Positions 1-12,976 of a DNA stretch of 64,000 nt are shown in pieces. A model generated the notes under the pieces. The model was not told the DNA's origin, searched no databases, and saw only the letters and a program-made list of their open reading frames with translations. Position numbers and translations under genes: made by a program. Every line of letters starts with the position of its first letter. Positions within the stretch are counted from its first letter, which is position 1. Source of the stretch: Macrostomum hystrix (lineage: Eukaryota > Animalia > Platyhelminthes); the NCBI GenBank assembly GCA_950097015.1, contig CATNEN010000029.1:4278001-4342000 (forward strand). The letters are read 5' to 3'.

Positions 1-1135
1 ACACACAAGAATCACTAGTAGTACACACAAGAATCACTAGTAGTACACACAAGAATCACTAGTAGTACACCCAAGAATAACTAGTAGTACACCCAAGAAT
101 CACTAGTACACCCAAGAATAACTAGTAGTACACACAAGAATCACTAGTACACCCAAGAATCACTAGTACACCCAAGAATAACTAGTACACTCAAGAATCA
201 CTAGTACACCCAAGAATAACTAGTACACACAAGAATCACTAGTAGTACACACAAGAATCACTAGTAGTACACACAAGAATCACTAGTAGTACACCCAAGA
301 ATAACTAGTACACCCAAGAATCACTAGTAGTACACCCAAGAATCACTAGTAGTACACCCAAGAATCACTAGTAGTACACCCAAGAATCACTAGTAGTACA
401 CCCAAGAATCACTAGTAGTACACCCAAGAATCACTAGTAGTACACCCAAGAATCACTAGTAGTACACACAAGAATCACTAGTAGTACACACAAGAATCAC
501 TAGTACACCCAAGAATAACTAGTACACTCAAGAATCACTAGTAGTACACACAAGAATCACTAGTAGTACACACAAGAATCACTAGTAGTACACCCAAGAA
601 TCACTAGTAGTACACCCAAGAATCACTAGTAGTACACCCAAGAATCACTAGTAGTACACCCAAGAATCACTAGTAGTACACACAAGAATCACTAGTAGTA
701 CACACAAGAATCACTAGTAGTACACCCAAGAATCACTAGTACACCCAAGAATAACTAGTACACTCAAGAATCACTAGTAGTACACACAAGAATCACTAGT
801 AGTACACACAAGAATCACTAGTAGTACACACAAGAATCACTAGTACACCCAAGAATAACTAGTACACTCAAGAATCACTAGTAGTACACACAAGAATCAC
901 TAGTAGTACACCCAAGAATAACTAGTACACCCAAGAATCACTAGTAGTACACACAAGAATCACTAGTAGTACACACAAGAATCACTAGTAGTACACACAA
1001 GAATCACTAGTAGTACACACAAGAATCACTAGTAGTACACCCAAGAATAACTAGTACACCCAAGAATCACTAGTAGTACACACAAGAATCACTAGTAGTA
1101 CACACAAGAATCACTAGTAGTACACCCAAGAATCA
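1..1135. repeat. Minisatellite, ~22-bp unit CAAGAATCACTAGTAGTACACA/CC with 19-bp variants lacking GTA; runs off the window start
   Basis: Uninterrupted tandem copies seen directly. Confidence 0.97.
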
Positions 1136-1814
1136 TACTACAGGTCCTTGATTTTTAAATCTCAGGTTGAAGAAAAATTATAATTCGAACAAATACAACA
1201 ATGCTACTACCATAGTAGCATTGATAGTAAGTTTGCTAATGATTAGCTTAAAGTAACTGAAAATGAGCTGAAAAAAACAAAGCACGCATTAACATACGCA
1301 AAAACTCAGCTTGTTACACTTACTACTGACAGTCAGTCGATTGCAAGAACTAAAAAAGTAATTAGTTTACTAGACAGGCTAAAAAGGAGCCAACGTGTAA
1401 CAAAACAGATTCAGTAAAGCTTGACTAGAGAACACAAAAATGTCGTTAAAGTCTTAAAGTGGAGCTTAAAAAAAACAAAAAATAAAAGGCAGTAAGAAAA
1501 TAAAAGAATTTCATTTTTCTCCAGAATTCGATACAAATTGAAAAGCCGCACACAAAAACAACAAATATACAAGCTTAATCTAGTGTTCAAGTGATTTAAA
1601 AAATCTAGCAAAATTGTTACAGAAAATAAAAATAGCGAAGAAAAGACAAAACATGTGCAATTTCTCAGCGAATCAAGGATTATGAAATAACTCCTGTTTA
1701 GAACAAGAAAACTGTCTATGGACTGGAAACCAGCTATCGCAGAGATCTATTTTATAGCTTGACGAACTTAAACGATCGGTACGGAAGTGTATTGTTTAAG
1801 GGCACTATTACCCT

Positions 1815-1885
1815 CGTAAGGATGAGGCTCGAACTCGAGACCTCTTGGTCAGAAATCCGAATCTAACTGTGCAACAAGCTTCCGT
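1815..1885 (-). mobile_element. tRNA-derived SINE head fragment
   Basis: Minus strand reads ...GATTTCTGACCAAGAGGTCTCGAGTTCGAGCC, a B-box-like sequence resembling the other SINE heads in the window. Confidence 0.45.
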
Positions 1886-1890
1886 GTTGG

Positions 1891-2016
1891 TATAACCAAG
1901 GATCACAAGTAGTATACCAAGAATCACAAGTAGTATACCAAGGATCACAAGTAGTATACCAAGAATCACAAGTAGTATACCAAGAATCACAAGTAGTATA
2001 CCAAGAATCACAAGTA
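1891..2016. repeat. Minisatellite, 21-bp unit CAAGAATCACAAGTAGTATAC
   Basis: About 5-6 tandem copies; source of spurious ORFs 1808..2032 and 1863..2072. Confidence 0.95.
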
Positions 2017-2064
2017 TTATATGATGGATCATTGGAGAATGTCAAAGGAACACTAATATATCTA

Positions 2065-2612
2065 AGAATCACTAGTAGTATAACCGATGATCACTAGTAG
2101 TATAACCGATGATCACTAGTAGTATAACCGATGATCACTAGTAGTATAACCGATGATCACTAGTAGTATAACCGATGATCACTAGTAGTATAACCGATGA
2201 TCATTAGTAGTATAACCGATGATCACTAGTAGTATAACCGATGATCACTAGTAGTATAACCGATGATCACTAGTAGTATAACCGATGATCACTAGTAGTA
2301 TAACCGATGATCATTAGTAGTATAACCGATGATCACTAGTAGTATAACCGATGATCATTAGTAGTATAACCGATGATCACTAGTAGTATAACCGATGATC
2401 ACTAGTAGTATAACCAATGATCATTAGTAGTATAACCGATGATCACTAGTAGTATAACCGATGATCACTAGTAGTATAACCGATGATCACTAGTAGTATA
2501 ACCGATGATCACTAGTAGTATAACCGATGATCATTAGTAGTATAACCGATGATCACTAGTAGTATAACCGATGATCACTAGTAGTATAACCGATGATCAC
2601 TAGTATAACCGA
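2065..2612. repeat. Minisatellite, 22-bp unit GATGATCACTAGTAGTATAACC
   Basis: About 25 tandem copies. Confidence 0.97.
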
Positions 2613-2692
2613 GATCCCAAGCATAAAAAAATTAGGAGCAGTAAAACCAGAAACTACAAAAGCAAACAAACAGTTTCAAATTCTGCAGATTC

Positions 2693-5057
2693 TCAAGATT
2701 TTTTAGCAGTCGCGTCGCCGCTAGTGCCACCGTTTCCGCCAACAGCTGCCGCGGCGGCGGCGGCTACGACAGCGTCGTTGTTCTCGGTGGCAGCAGCTGC
2801 GGCGTTGCCAGATGAATTAAGCAGATTCCTTCGGACGTCGCTGGGGAACCGCTTTTTACTTTTCTTTTTGCAGCCAGCGAGGAGGTCTTTGTAGTAATCG
2901 GAGCGCAGGAATCTGCCGTATGAGTCGGCCTTCATCAGCTGGAAGATGTGCTCCTCGGCCACTTCGAATGCGAACCGGTCGGGCGGGCCGTCCATTCGTT
3001 TCCGGACAGCCTCAGCAACCGGGCCGGCTACGTTAACAGGCTCGGTGGCGTCCGGACCCAGGAAGGTGTCGTAGATGCGCTGCACCTCGCGAGCCACTTG
3101 GCCAATGGGCAGCCGGCGCAGCTGCTGGCAGGCCTCCCAAAATGCCAGATTCTCGCGGCTGACCTCTTTAACTAGCCACTTCTCGAACTCATGCCTACCA
3201 GCCGGGTCGCGCAGCAGTTCGTGAATGCCGAACGCCCAGCGCTTCACTCGCCTGGCCGGGATGTCGCGCATTCGCTTGTCCGACTCCCAGAACTCGGCGC
3301 TGTCCGTCACCCAGGGATTCGGGCACTGGTCTGGCAGGCCGCCGCCGATGAACGCGTCAAACTCTGAGTACTGCTCATAAAAGGCCAAAGCGCTCTCCGC
3401 CGCCTTCGACACCTGCGGCGGATTAGAAGTCAAGGCGCTAATTTTATAAACAAAAATAATAATAAATTGCAGCAGGGCGGCGGGCAATGGCACATCATTT
3501 TGGTGACACTAGACCCGCAGCCATTCCGCTGACACCTGAGCACACACGCACACAGGTGTGTACTCTTGCCCTGACTTTCTGATCGTCAGGCAGTGTACAC
3601 TCGCCACTGTGCCTGGCAGGTTGCCGCAGAATCGAGCTCAGGGACCTTGGTGCGGGAGGAAACACGTTAACCCCCTAGGTTTCTTTAAATTAAATTAAAT
3701 TAAATTCTTTTAATGCGCGACATCCCGACCAGGCGAGCAATGAGCATTCATAACTTCTACTCGTACTAACATTTTGACCTACTAATCTAGCATATCAGAT
3801 CTTCTATTCTAATCATTACTCAAGCAAGTTAAACAAACTCAGGAAAGAACGGTTGAGTACGCTTAATGAAAAAACTGAATCTATAATAACAACACGGCGT
3901 TACCAACCTTGACTCGACTCCGCGACAGAGCCTGGCGCAGTTTGTCTGCCCGAGCAGCAGGTTCGCACGGATCTACCGGACTCAGCCGGCCGCTCGGCAT
4001 GGGAAACCCGGCCGGCCTGTTCGCCGCTTTAACTGGTCGCTTGGAGCGGCACAGCTTGCGCATGTCCACCTCGGCGGCCACCACAGTGCCTGGCGGCGGC
4101 CGGTGAAGCAGCCAGAAGCCGCGCTCTTGACTCTCCAGCACCATGCGCTCTAGGCGGTCCTGCTTTCTGCTCGCGAGACAATGAGCAATTATCCGCGTTT
4201 AGAGCATGGGAATGTAGCAAATAGCTCAGCCAGTATTGGTCAAAAAGTAAGGCACAAGACATATCCCAGAGTTTGGGGTGATTGATGATGAGAACTAGAA
4301 GATTGAGACTGTGTAAGAGAAGCCCAATCTCCACCTCTGGAAGCAGAGGATAATTAACTCACCTGTCAACCTTAGCCTCAGCCTCAGCCTGCAGATAGAT
4401 AAGCTCCCATTTGTGTGACAGCATTCTTTGCAACCTGGCCAAATTTTCAGCCTCAAAATTGGCCAATTCTAAGCGCTGCTTATTCAATAGTGTCCGTTTG
4501 CACAGGTAGACAGCGTAATCGGCGTTGTCTAATCGTTCCGGCGAACGACTAGGCCAAAGGTAAGGCGTCTGGAAGCGATAATAAGACGAGTCATTGCGAA
4601 CTGCCAGCGCGGTGCCCTCAACCGGGATGATGTAACCGTGCGATGCCAGCATGCTGGCCACGTGGCAGGCCTCCTGGGCGTCCTCGGCGTCCGTGTTGCT
4701 TAGCAACCAGGCGCACAATTCCGCCCCGGTGAAGCAGGAGGGCTGGCTGGACATGAAGGACTTGACGGTGCGAACAGAGACCCCAGAGTCTTCGCTCTGA
4801 AGCCGCTCTAAAAGGCGCTCGAGTTTCGCCCACAGGTAGGCGTTAGGATGCTGCTGCTGCTGCTGCTGCTGCGGCTGCGGCTGATGATGCCGCTGGCGCG
4901 ATCGGGAGCTGCCAGCTCCGGACGACGAAGCGGCGAGGCCGGCGGATGTGCCGGAGCCAGTTGAGCCGGAAGCTGAAGAGGTTGAATTAGTGCAGCCAGC
5001 GCCGCTGCTACCGCTGGCACCTTTTTGCCGGCCATGCTTGACAGCGCCAGTCTGCAT
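2693..5057 (-). CDS. RGS7: R7-family regulator of G-protein signalling (DEP-DHEX-GGL-RGS; RGS6/7, EGL-10-like), 3 coding exons
   Basis: Exons 5057-4363, 4166-3908 and 3412-2693 have GT-AG sites and consistent phases. Motifs: DEP ([20 protein letters not shown]; [11 protein letters not shown]), DHEX (DYAVYLCKR; LESQERGFW), GGL ([11 protein letters not shown]), RGS ([20 protein letters not shown]; [13 protein letters not shown]). The exact paralogue and the start are uncertain. Confidence 0.9.
3551..3611. other. 61-nt imperfect hairpin in RGS intron 2 (pre-miRNA-like)
   Basis: CACAG/CTGTG, GTGTAC/GTACAC and TGCCCTGAC/GTCAGGCA arms around a 9-nt loop, paired by hand. Confidence 0.3.
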
Positions 5058-6269
5058 GACCTGAGCTGTCAACAACTCAACCTGATGGTGTGCGCAATTT
5101 AATGTACCAAAACCAACAAAATAAAACGTGCTAGTTTAGCTAGACTAGTTCGGGTAGAAAACAATTAATGTTATGGACGACCGAGGCGTGGGCGGATTGG
5201 ACCACTCTCACACACACAGCGGCCAAACTATGGGCTCATTGTGACTGTGTGCACCTGAAAAGTGCAAAAAAACAAGATTTAACTGTGCCTATGGATATCA
5301 TGGAAAGGAAAAAAATATACAATAGAAAATACTTTTGTATATGAAAAAAATACTTGTTTGATCATTTTTTACTGCATAAATAACATGAAATCTCTAAATT
5401 AAAAATATAGATTGGCTGAAAAATCCAAATCAGCACTTTGAAATATTCCAAGGCCAATTTGTTATACACAGCTACTAGGGAATGAGTTATGAAATAGTTA
5501 AAATGTGTTTTTTATATTAATGAGTAACTAACAAGCTTTTATAGACCTATGGCAATGCAGTTAAATTTTTCATTGTTTTTTGTACTTTTTTGTTTGCTAT
5601 AAAACTAGTATGTCAAAGTTGTTTTTCAGAAATATGGAAGTCATAAAGAATGGTTAGAATATGAAATACACTAGTTATACAGTAGATTTCCAAAAAATTA
5701 AAAGGAAGAATAGCCATTAGCTACCTAGAGTTTAACCCTAAATTTAAATTTACTTTTTCAATCATAACAAGTTAATACTGTTGTGTATTGTATAGTCTGT
5801 GATATTTACTTTCTAAAATGGCAAAATTACTAGAATAGCTTAGTAATTTTCTATATTGCCCATAAATAAAATAATGCAATAATTAATTCATTTTGGCCCC
5901 TATGCTCTGGAGCTTGAAGACACTCTTGCAGCCTATATCCCTGCATTGCCTTGGGGTAGTAGTCTAGACTGGCAGCCTGTGAGAGGCCCACTGAGTTCTA
6001 ATTCATGCTTCTACACCCCATCCTCCTCCATTGCAATAATTTCTAGTTTTGATAAATGTATTTAATTCTATTTTTATTCATTAAAATAAAAAAATCATTA
6101 AATAGGGCCTATACCATAAAGGCATATAACCAGGATTTTCTAGGGGGGGGTAAAAATAAAAATATGTTAATTTTTATCGATATATATAGGTATTAATACT
6201 TTGGGTGTCCCAAATTTATTTAGACTTCTTACTAAATTAAAAAATATCAACTGCAGCAACAAAACAAAC

Positions 6270-6472
6270 CATCAGTCACAATCAGTGACATAATCACCTT
6301 GGCATTGAATAACAGGGTTGCAGTGATCCCAAAGTCAATGCAACTCCTGCTGCAGGCTCTCAATCTCCAGACCCCTTGCCCACTGCAATGTGGCCTCTTG
6401 CACTTCAACATGGTTCCCAAACTAGCAATGCTCCAAGTCTCGCTTCAGCCAAAAACAAAAAATGGTCACAAA
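6270..6472 (-). pseudogene. Decayed mariner-like transposase C-terminus
   Basis: Minus translation CDHFLF-(shift)-LKRDLEHC*FGNHVEVQEATLQW...LH*LWDHCNPVIQCQGDYV resembles the mariner C-terminal pattern SDxFLF..LK..L.G.RF....EV...W...I..L..RW.K.I...G.YV. It has stops and a frameshift. Confidence 0.6.
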
Positions 6473-6501
6473 TATAAAAATCTGAACTGTATGGTGCCTG
6501 G

Positions 6502-7165
6502 CCATAGTCAGGATCATGTCATGGTATACGCCAGAATAAAAAGTCCCCTAAAAAATCTATGCCACTTCATACTGAAACGTACACCAAGGTCCTAGGAACT
6601 TACACCAGGTTTTCTAGGCTTTGCGACAATAAATGACCTTTTTTGCGTGTAACACATTTTTGTCAAAGTCAAATTATATACCAATACCATGAACTACACG
6701 AAGATTACAAGCAAATGATTTCTTCTTCTTCAGATAAATTATTTAACAAATATTTGGTTTTCATTTAAAGTAAATTGGCTTACAGATAATGCCAACAAAA
6801 ATCAATTTTTTGTTTAAGTTTTTTAGAAAATTACACGATTAGTTTACATAGGGCCTACAATTTTAAATTTTTATAAATCACGAATAGTTATGAACTTTCA
6901 TTTCATCTTACGAGTTTTACGGTTTCTTTGATTTTATAATAAGATTCTGAGGTTATAGCATTATGCCAACAATTGTTAATATTAACTTTGGCATGAAGGT
7001 TGGAGTTGGCATACGCTGCTTGGCGTATATATGCCACGGCGTCACACCAAAAGGTACACCAAATATATTTTGCCTCATTTTGTACACCAATTGTATGCCA
7101 AAAAATTAAATTTTCAATTGTACGCCAGAAATTTCCGGCATAATAGTACATCATCCTGACTATGG
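6502..7165. mobile_element. MITE of the CCATAGTC-terminus family, 8-bp TSD GTGCCTGG
   Basis: Left end CCATAGTCAGGATCATG, right end CATCATCCTGACTATGG; GTGCCTGG flanks both sides (6494-6501, 7166-7173). Confidence 0.75.
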
Positions 7166-9344
7166 GTGCCTGGTGCAGCAATCAGATACCTCATTTCTCC
7201 ATGAAATGTTGAGTTACTTTGTTATTTAAAGTATTTAATAGAATTAAATTTGAAGAAGCCAATAATTTTACACATAGACTAAGCTTTTTTAGGCCTACTG
7301 ACAAATTAGCTATATAAAAGTTCTTAAATATGATATATTTACAAAATAAAGGAAAATAAAAACAGAAAAATATATATTCCAAGTAGTGCTATTAATCTTA
7401 AAGTGCTGTATGTAAGCTTTAATAAACCTTATTGTGTCACAATACCAACTAAAAAATAGCAAATCATATTCCTGAACATTTCTTGGTGTGTGTGGGTACC
7501 AAAGAATTAGAGTCAGACTGGTCAAACTACTTGACATAATAAATAAAAAATAACTATAAATAGAAAAAATTGTACAGCTAGCTTTAATAATGAAAAAAAC
7601 CATATCACGAACGGTTAATAAAATAATACAGCAGTTACTGTTATGTAAAATATAATGAGTAATTAACTGGATTAGCGTGTGTTTCTAATATGCCTAATGT
7701 TTCGTTAAAAGCATTTTTATTTAGGTCTTAAATTAGCAAAGTGTTTGGTTTCCTATAAAAAAGAACTTAAACAAGTGTTTTACATATTTTTCCCATGACG
7801 GACAGCTAATATTAGCCTCAGTTAATAACATATCATATTTTTTACGTTAGTTTTTTTTGTTTATTGCAGTCGATATTTTTTGTGCTCGGCCAAAATTCAG
7901 TACATGTTATGATTAAGACTATCCAACGGCTAACAAACCTGCCAATTATAACTAGTAAAATATCTTCCCATACTATGCACTTCGTATCTTTTTCATCAGT
8001 ATAAATTAAAGGAAACATTGTCCATATTCATTCTCTAATTTCATTAGTTATTTTCTTAAGAGGGCTAGGTAGAAAAGTCAAATCTGTCGATCGTAATACG
8101 ATTGCCACATGAATCACAATATTCAATCGATACTAGGGACAGCTGAGCAAGATTCATTTTTACAAGCAGAACTGTTCATAAAATAATGCGAAGGCAAGTT
8201 TTTCGGTTATAGTGTTAAGCCACAAGCTGCGAGAGGCAAACAATAAAGCTGCTGTGAGACTTACGACCACATCATTAGTATTATATTAGCGATAAACAGT
8301 ATGTTGATATGAAACACAGGTAGTAGAACAGTAATAAAAAACTACTTTTAAGCAACGTAAACACGCAACTAGAGGTATGCGAAATTATAGTAACAAGCTA
8401 AAAATCAGCAGTCGAATAACCGAATGAGGAAGAGAAAGAAATACTTTATATGCACAGTTCCTTTTTTATTAGATAGCATATAGGGAGCATGCAGAAAAAC
8501 TGAAAATGCCCATCGTCATATTACTAAAATTTACTGTCGAAGCATGCAAAAAGTGAATGCGCAATTAAATAATTAGTGGAGATTAATCGTGGAGATTAAA
8601 CGTCAAGACTGATGCGCAATAGTGACAAAACTGATATGCTAGAGTGCGATCAATATGTGCATGATTTAGACATCGATGAAACAAATTTGCTTGTTTTTGA
8701 GGTCGCTTAACGGCTTTGGAAATCATTTTTATATCAAAACGGACACTATTGTTTAATTATAAAAACTGGATAATCAACCACTCAATGCCTAAAAGAATAA
8801 ATATATAGCGTAAAATTATAATATCATTATGCCAGAAACGCTAACACAGTGCGAAAAGCGACAAACTGCAATAGCGCCTGTTATATAAATAAAAATAACT
8901 GGTAGAACCTGTCCAGTGCTGATCGAAAACACATAAGAATTAATAAATTGTTAAAATTGAAATTTAATTTCTACTGTCAACAATCCTGACAACTAAACAA
9001 ACAGACACAAAAAACAATCTGATAAACAAGGACACAAAGAAAACCGGGCATAAAAATCGATTGTTTAAAAAACAAAAACTGAAAATATTGCTTGTAGTTC
9101 TTGCTTAATTTAAAAATGAAATATTCTAAATTCGCGCCTTAATGGTCGGACAAAGGATTTGAAAGTCGGGATTCGATTTCAAACTCAAATAAAACAATAT
9201 GTGTATTTCACCAATACACTTAACTCTGTATTGCTTCAGCTCATACAACTATCAATCGAGAACCCACATTACTGAAGTAATTAAGGGTGGGAATGGGGCT
9301 ACCAGTCCACGGACTGAACAGCCATACGCAGATTTAAAATGCGC

Positions 9345-9385
9345 CGCGCAATAGCTGCGTCAGTGCTGTCACCCGCACATCTGAC
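9345..9385 (+). mobile_element. SINE body fragment (AATAGCTGCG type)
   Basis: GCGCAATAGCTGCGTCAGTGCTGTCACCCGCACATC matches the bodies at 45222-45377 and 52491-52710. Confidence 0.45.
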
Positions 9386-9709
9386 CTTATTAGGGAAAAA
9401 ATTCGAGAGAATATTACGAGACTTATTGGCGCGAATTCAAACTATTTCAGAGTTGTTCATTAGCAAGAACAGATACGTGAAAAATGGAAGATAAAGAACA
9501 TTTAAAAGCGTTAATAATATTGTTACACAAAAAGTCAGCGCATGCAACTTGGTAAAAAAGAACAATGAGCCAGCTTTATCAAATACAAGCAGAACACACG
9601 CGAGGCGTATAATATAGGTTAAATGAACGGTCCATTAAAAAACCAGCTAGTCCAAAGCGACGTCAAACCGGCACTAACAAATCGCTGACGAAAATTCCGC
9701 CAGCCCAGC

Positions 9710-12700
9710 TCAATCCTGAGCAGTCTTCTGCACAAAGGCCAGCGTCTCGCAGGAATCTGTGCCGCCGCCTCCGCTGGCACCGGCTGCCGCTGACGCGCCA
9801 GTAGTTGTCGCCGAAGAGCCGCCTACGAAGGGCGAGGCGGCGTCACGTAGGCGAACTCTCTCGGTGGCGCAGCTGTAGGAGACCTGCTGCTGCTGCTGTT
9901 CGCTCTCCGTAGTGAACAGGTTGGCGGCCTCGGTTGGGACGGTTGTCTCACCAATACCGGCGCCGCCAACCATGCGCTTAGTGCTGGGCGCGTACAGAAT
10001 GATGATGGCGCACACGTACACATTCCACATGCCGTAGACGCCGGTGACAAACGCTGAGCTATATTCCAGTGAGCGGCCCTCTTCGCTCCACTTCCAGTGG
10101 CTCTCGTCCAGTTCCATCACAATGTAGAATGCGACAGTGAGCGCAGCGCAGAGGGCGGTGTAGCCAAGGAACACGCAGAAGCGCCAAATAGCGCCTGAGT
10201 AGAACAGCCGGCGCGCCTGAGGCAGGCTGGGCAGGTGGCGCCGTTTCTCCAGGATGCCGCGGATAGCGCGAATGATCAAAGCCAGCAGGAGCAGGGCGTA
10301 GGCCGACATGGATACTCCGGCGATGATCATGGAGGCTAGGGCGAATCTGTCGGGGAAAGTCGAGCTTTCTGGTTTGTTTACAATTGTCAGTCAGTCCTAG
10401 GGGTGTTCGGGTATGTTGATTTCTAGTTTCTGGATTTAACAGAATTCTGAGATTTTGTCTAGGCTCTTTTGAATTTCTACTAAATCTTCACCGAATATAA
10501 GTAAGTCATCGCAGTAAAGCAGATTGTTTATCTCCTCATTCTGTATAAAAGTGTCACTATGAAAATAATAATTTTTTGATTTCTAATATTAATAGCAAAT
10601 CACTGATAGTTACAAATGTTCAAACCAGCAAGTTATCGAATGATAAGTTTTATTCTATTTAAGCCCATCTGGTAGTTTGTGGAACGTAACATGGAACGTG
10701 TGGGACGCCTCACCCACCCTCAATAACTCCAGCTTACTGGTGTCTATTTAATAGCTGGGTGAAATGGAGCAATGCAGGGGTAGGTGTCTTTCTAAAAGAC
10801 ACAAATTGTTCCAGTGGAGTCGGGAATCGAACCCCGGACCTTCAAATCGTGAGTCGGACGCTCTAAGGTGTAAGGGAAATTATGAAAAATGGCAACCTTT
10901 CTCACCTGGCAGCGTCTGGCGTACTCCACACGGTGTAGAACGGATTGTAAATCTGCACGCCTCGCTCTGACAGGTCAAAGATCAGCAGGCAGGCGCCGGC
11001 GATAGCCACGCCGAGTAGCTGCTTCCAGTAGAGCATGAACCGATTTTTAGGGCCCCCGTCCATCGTGTGCTCGCCTGTAAAGACAATCCAGAAGGCCAGC
11101 AGGCCGCTATAGAACAGTCCGTGCCGCAGGTCGGACACCAGCAGCCACACGGGAGCGCGCAGCACGGTCAGGCTGAGCCACTCGATGGGACAGTTCAAAC
11201 TGGACAAGGCAATGCCAAGGCCAAGAGCTGAGCGCTCCAGTAGAGTCCACGGCCTTCCCTGGGCCCTGACACGCCAGCAGAACCATATTAGCAGGCCGCA
11301 CAGGCAAGGGAACAGGACAGTTTTCATGCTCAGCCAGACCAGAGTGAAGCCGCCATTCTGGTGAAATTCAACAACGCTAATGTCGCGCAGTAGGCCGATT
11401 TCTCTATTGACAGAATCGCCAACGGGTACGCGAATATTCAACAGATACTGGGCGTGCGACACGGCGCCTAGGCTGAACAACGGCTGCGGCTCGCATTCGT
11501 ATTCGCCAGTCTGGCCACCGTCTGGAGCCAGGTGCAGCTCGCAGCGCAGAGAGCGAGTCTCCCTGGAGCGAACCAGCTCGTGCCAGACCCCGGCCGGGTC
11601 GCTGGCGTCTCTGTAGCCTAGGCGGGCGTGCAGTTCAATCTGACTGTTCGGCTTCACCTCGGACATCGACTTCATGTAGTGCGTCTCGACGCGTACCACG
11701 GCCACCATCTCCTACGGGTGGCATGCCATATCTGTTAGTCTACCGTTGGTACTCTATGGTGATAATGCTAAGATAAAATACATAGGACGACGACGGACCG
11801 GATGAAGATTAATCAAATAAGGTAAGAGGCAGTGGAGAGATGAGACTGTGGAGAGATAAGACAGTGGAGAGATGAGTGAAGAGATGAGACAGGGTAGAGA
11901 TGAGACAGGGTAGAGATGAGACAGGGTAGAGATGACACAGGGTAGAGATGAGACAGGGTAGAGATGAGACAGGGTAGAGATGAGACACTGTAGAGGAGAC
12001 ACTAGAGATGAGACTGTGGAGATGAGACAGGGTAGAGATGAGACAGGGTAGAGATGAGACAGGGTAGAGATGAGACAGGGTAGAGATGAGACACTGTAGA
12101 GGAGACAGTAGAGATGAGACTGTGGAGATGAGACAGGGGAGAGATGAGACGGGGAAGAGATGAAACAGGGGAGAGATGAGACAGTGAAGAGATGAAACAC
12201 TGGAGATGAGACACTGGAGAGATGAGACTGTGGAGATGAGACAGGGGAGAGATGAGACGGGGAAGAGATGAAACAGGGGAGAGATGAGACAGTGAAGAGA
12301 TGAAACACTGGAGATGAGACACTGGAGAGATGAGACAGGGGAGAGATAAGACAATGAATAGATGAGACAGGGGAGAGATGAGACTGGGAGGAGATGAAAC
12401 AGGGAAGAGATGAGACAGTGAAGAGATTAGACTGGGAGGAGATGAAACAGGGAAGAGTTGAGACAGTGAAGAGATGAGACAGGGGAGAGATAAGACAGCA
12501 GAGAGATTAGATGGCACGGTAGGTGCTAGAAGGATCCCGGATTTATGGGTCGGATCCAGCTGATTCGTGTCGCATAAATCCAGGTTAGACCGGGCACCCA
12601 CCTGGAACAGAGAAGACATATTGAATTCCATATTGTCGCGAGGCAGAGGCCACTGAAAATTGAAGACAATCTGCGAAGCGTTGGGCGCACTTTTGTTTAA

Positions 12701-12976
12701 TCGTTTAGCTTCGTTATTGATTTCCTTGATAAATTCCATGTGGTCAGACTGGTCTGCAAGGGGCCGGCAGCTGCCCTGGCCTCTAGTGTAGAACCAGGCG
12801 TCGGGATCCTTGGCGTCCCAGTCGACGCACTTGTTGCCTAGCATATCCTCATGCGCATATGGCTTTGGCGCGACCAGACCACCAAGAAGGAAGCTGCCTA
12901 CTTGCAGTAGCAGTAGTAGCAAACCAAAGAAGATTAGCTTGCGGGTGCTCAATGTTTCCAAGACAACGCCAGCCAT
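9710..12976 (-). CDS. WLS: Wntless/Evi (Wnt secretion factor, GPR177), 3 exons
   Basis: Exons 12976-12602, 11711-10906 and 10346-9710 with consistent phases. MAGVVLETLSTRKL N-terminus, LGYRD, HQNGGFTLVWLSMKTVLFP, LNCPIEWLSL, DLRHGLFYSGLLAFWIVFTGEH, GVYGMWNVYV...LYAPS. Confidence 0.95.
10690..10870 (-). mobile_element. tRNA-derived SINE (head plus CACCCAGCT body) in WLS intron 2
   Basis: Minus strand TTAGAGCGTCCGACTCACGA...GGGGTTCGATTCCCGACTCCACTGGAACAATTTGTGTC...CACCCAGCT. Confidence 0.75.
11830..12510. repeat. GA-rich minisatellite (~16-bp unit GAGATGAGACAGGGTA and variants) filling WLS intron 1
   Basis: Tandem copies seen directly; source of the SSLPCLIS-type ORFs. Confidence 0.93.

Noticed and set aside
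1-1135. CRISPR-like appearance of the regular arrays
   Set aside because: There are no unique spacers or cas genes, and the context is eukaryotic.
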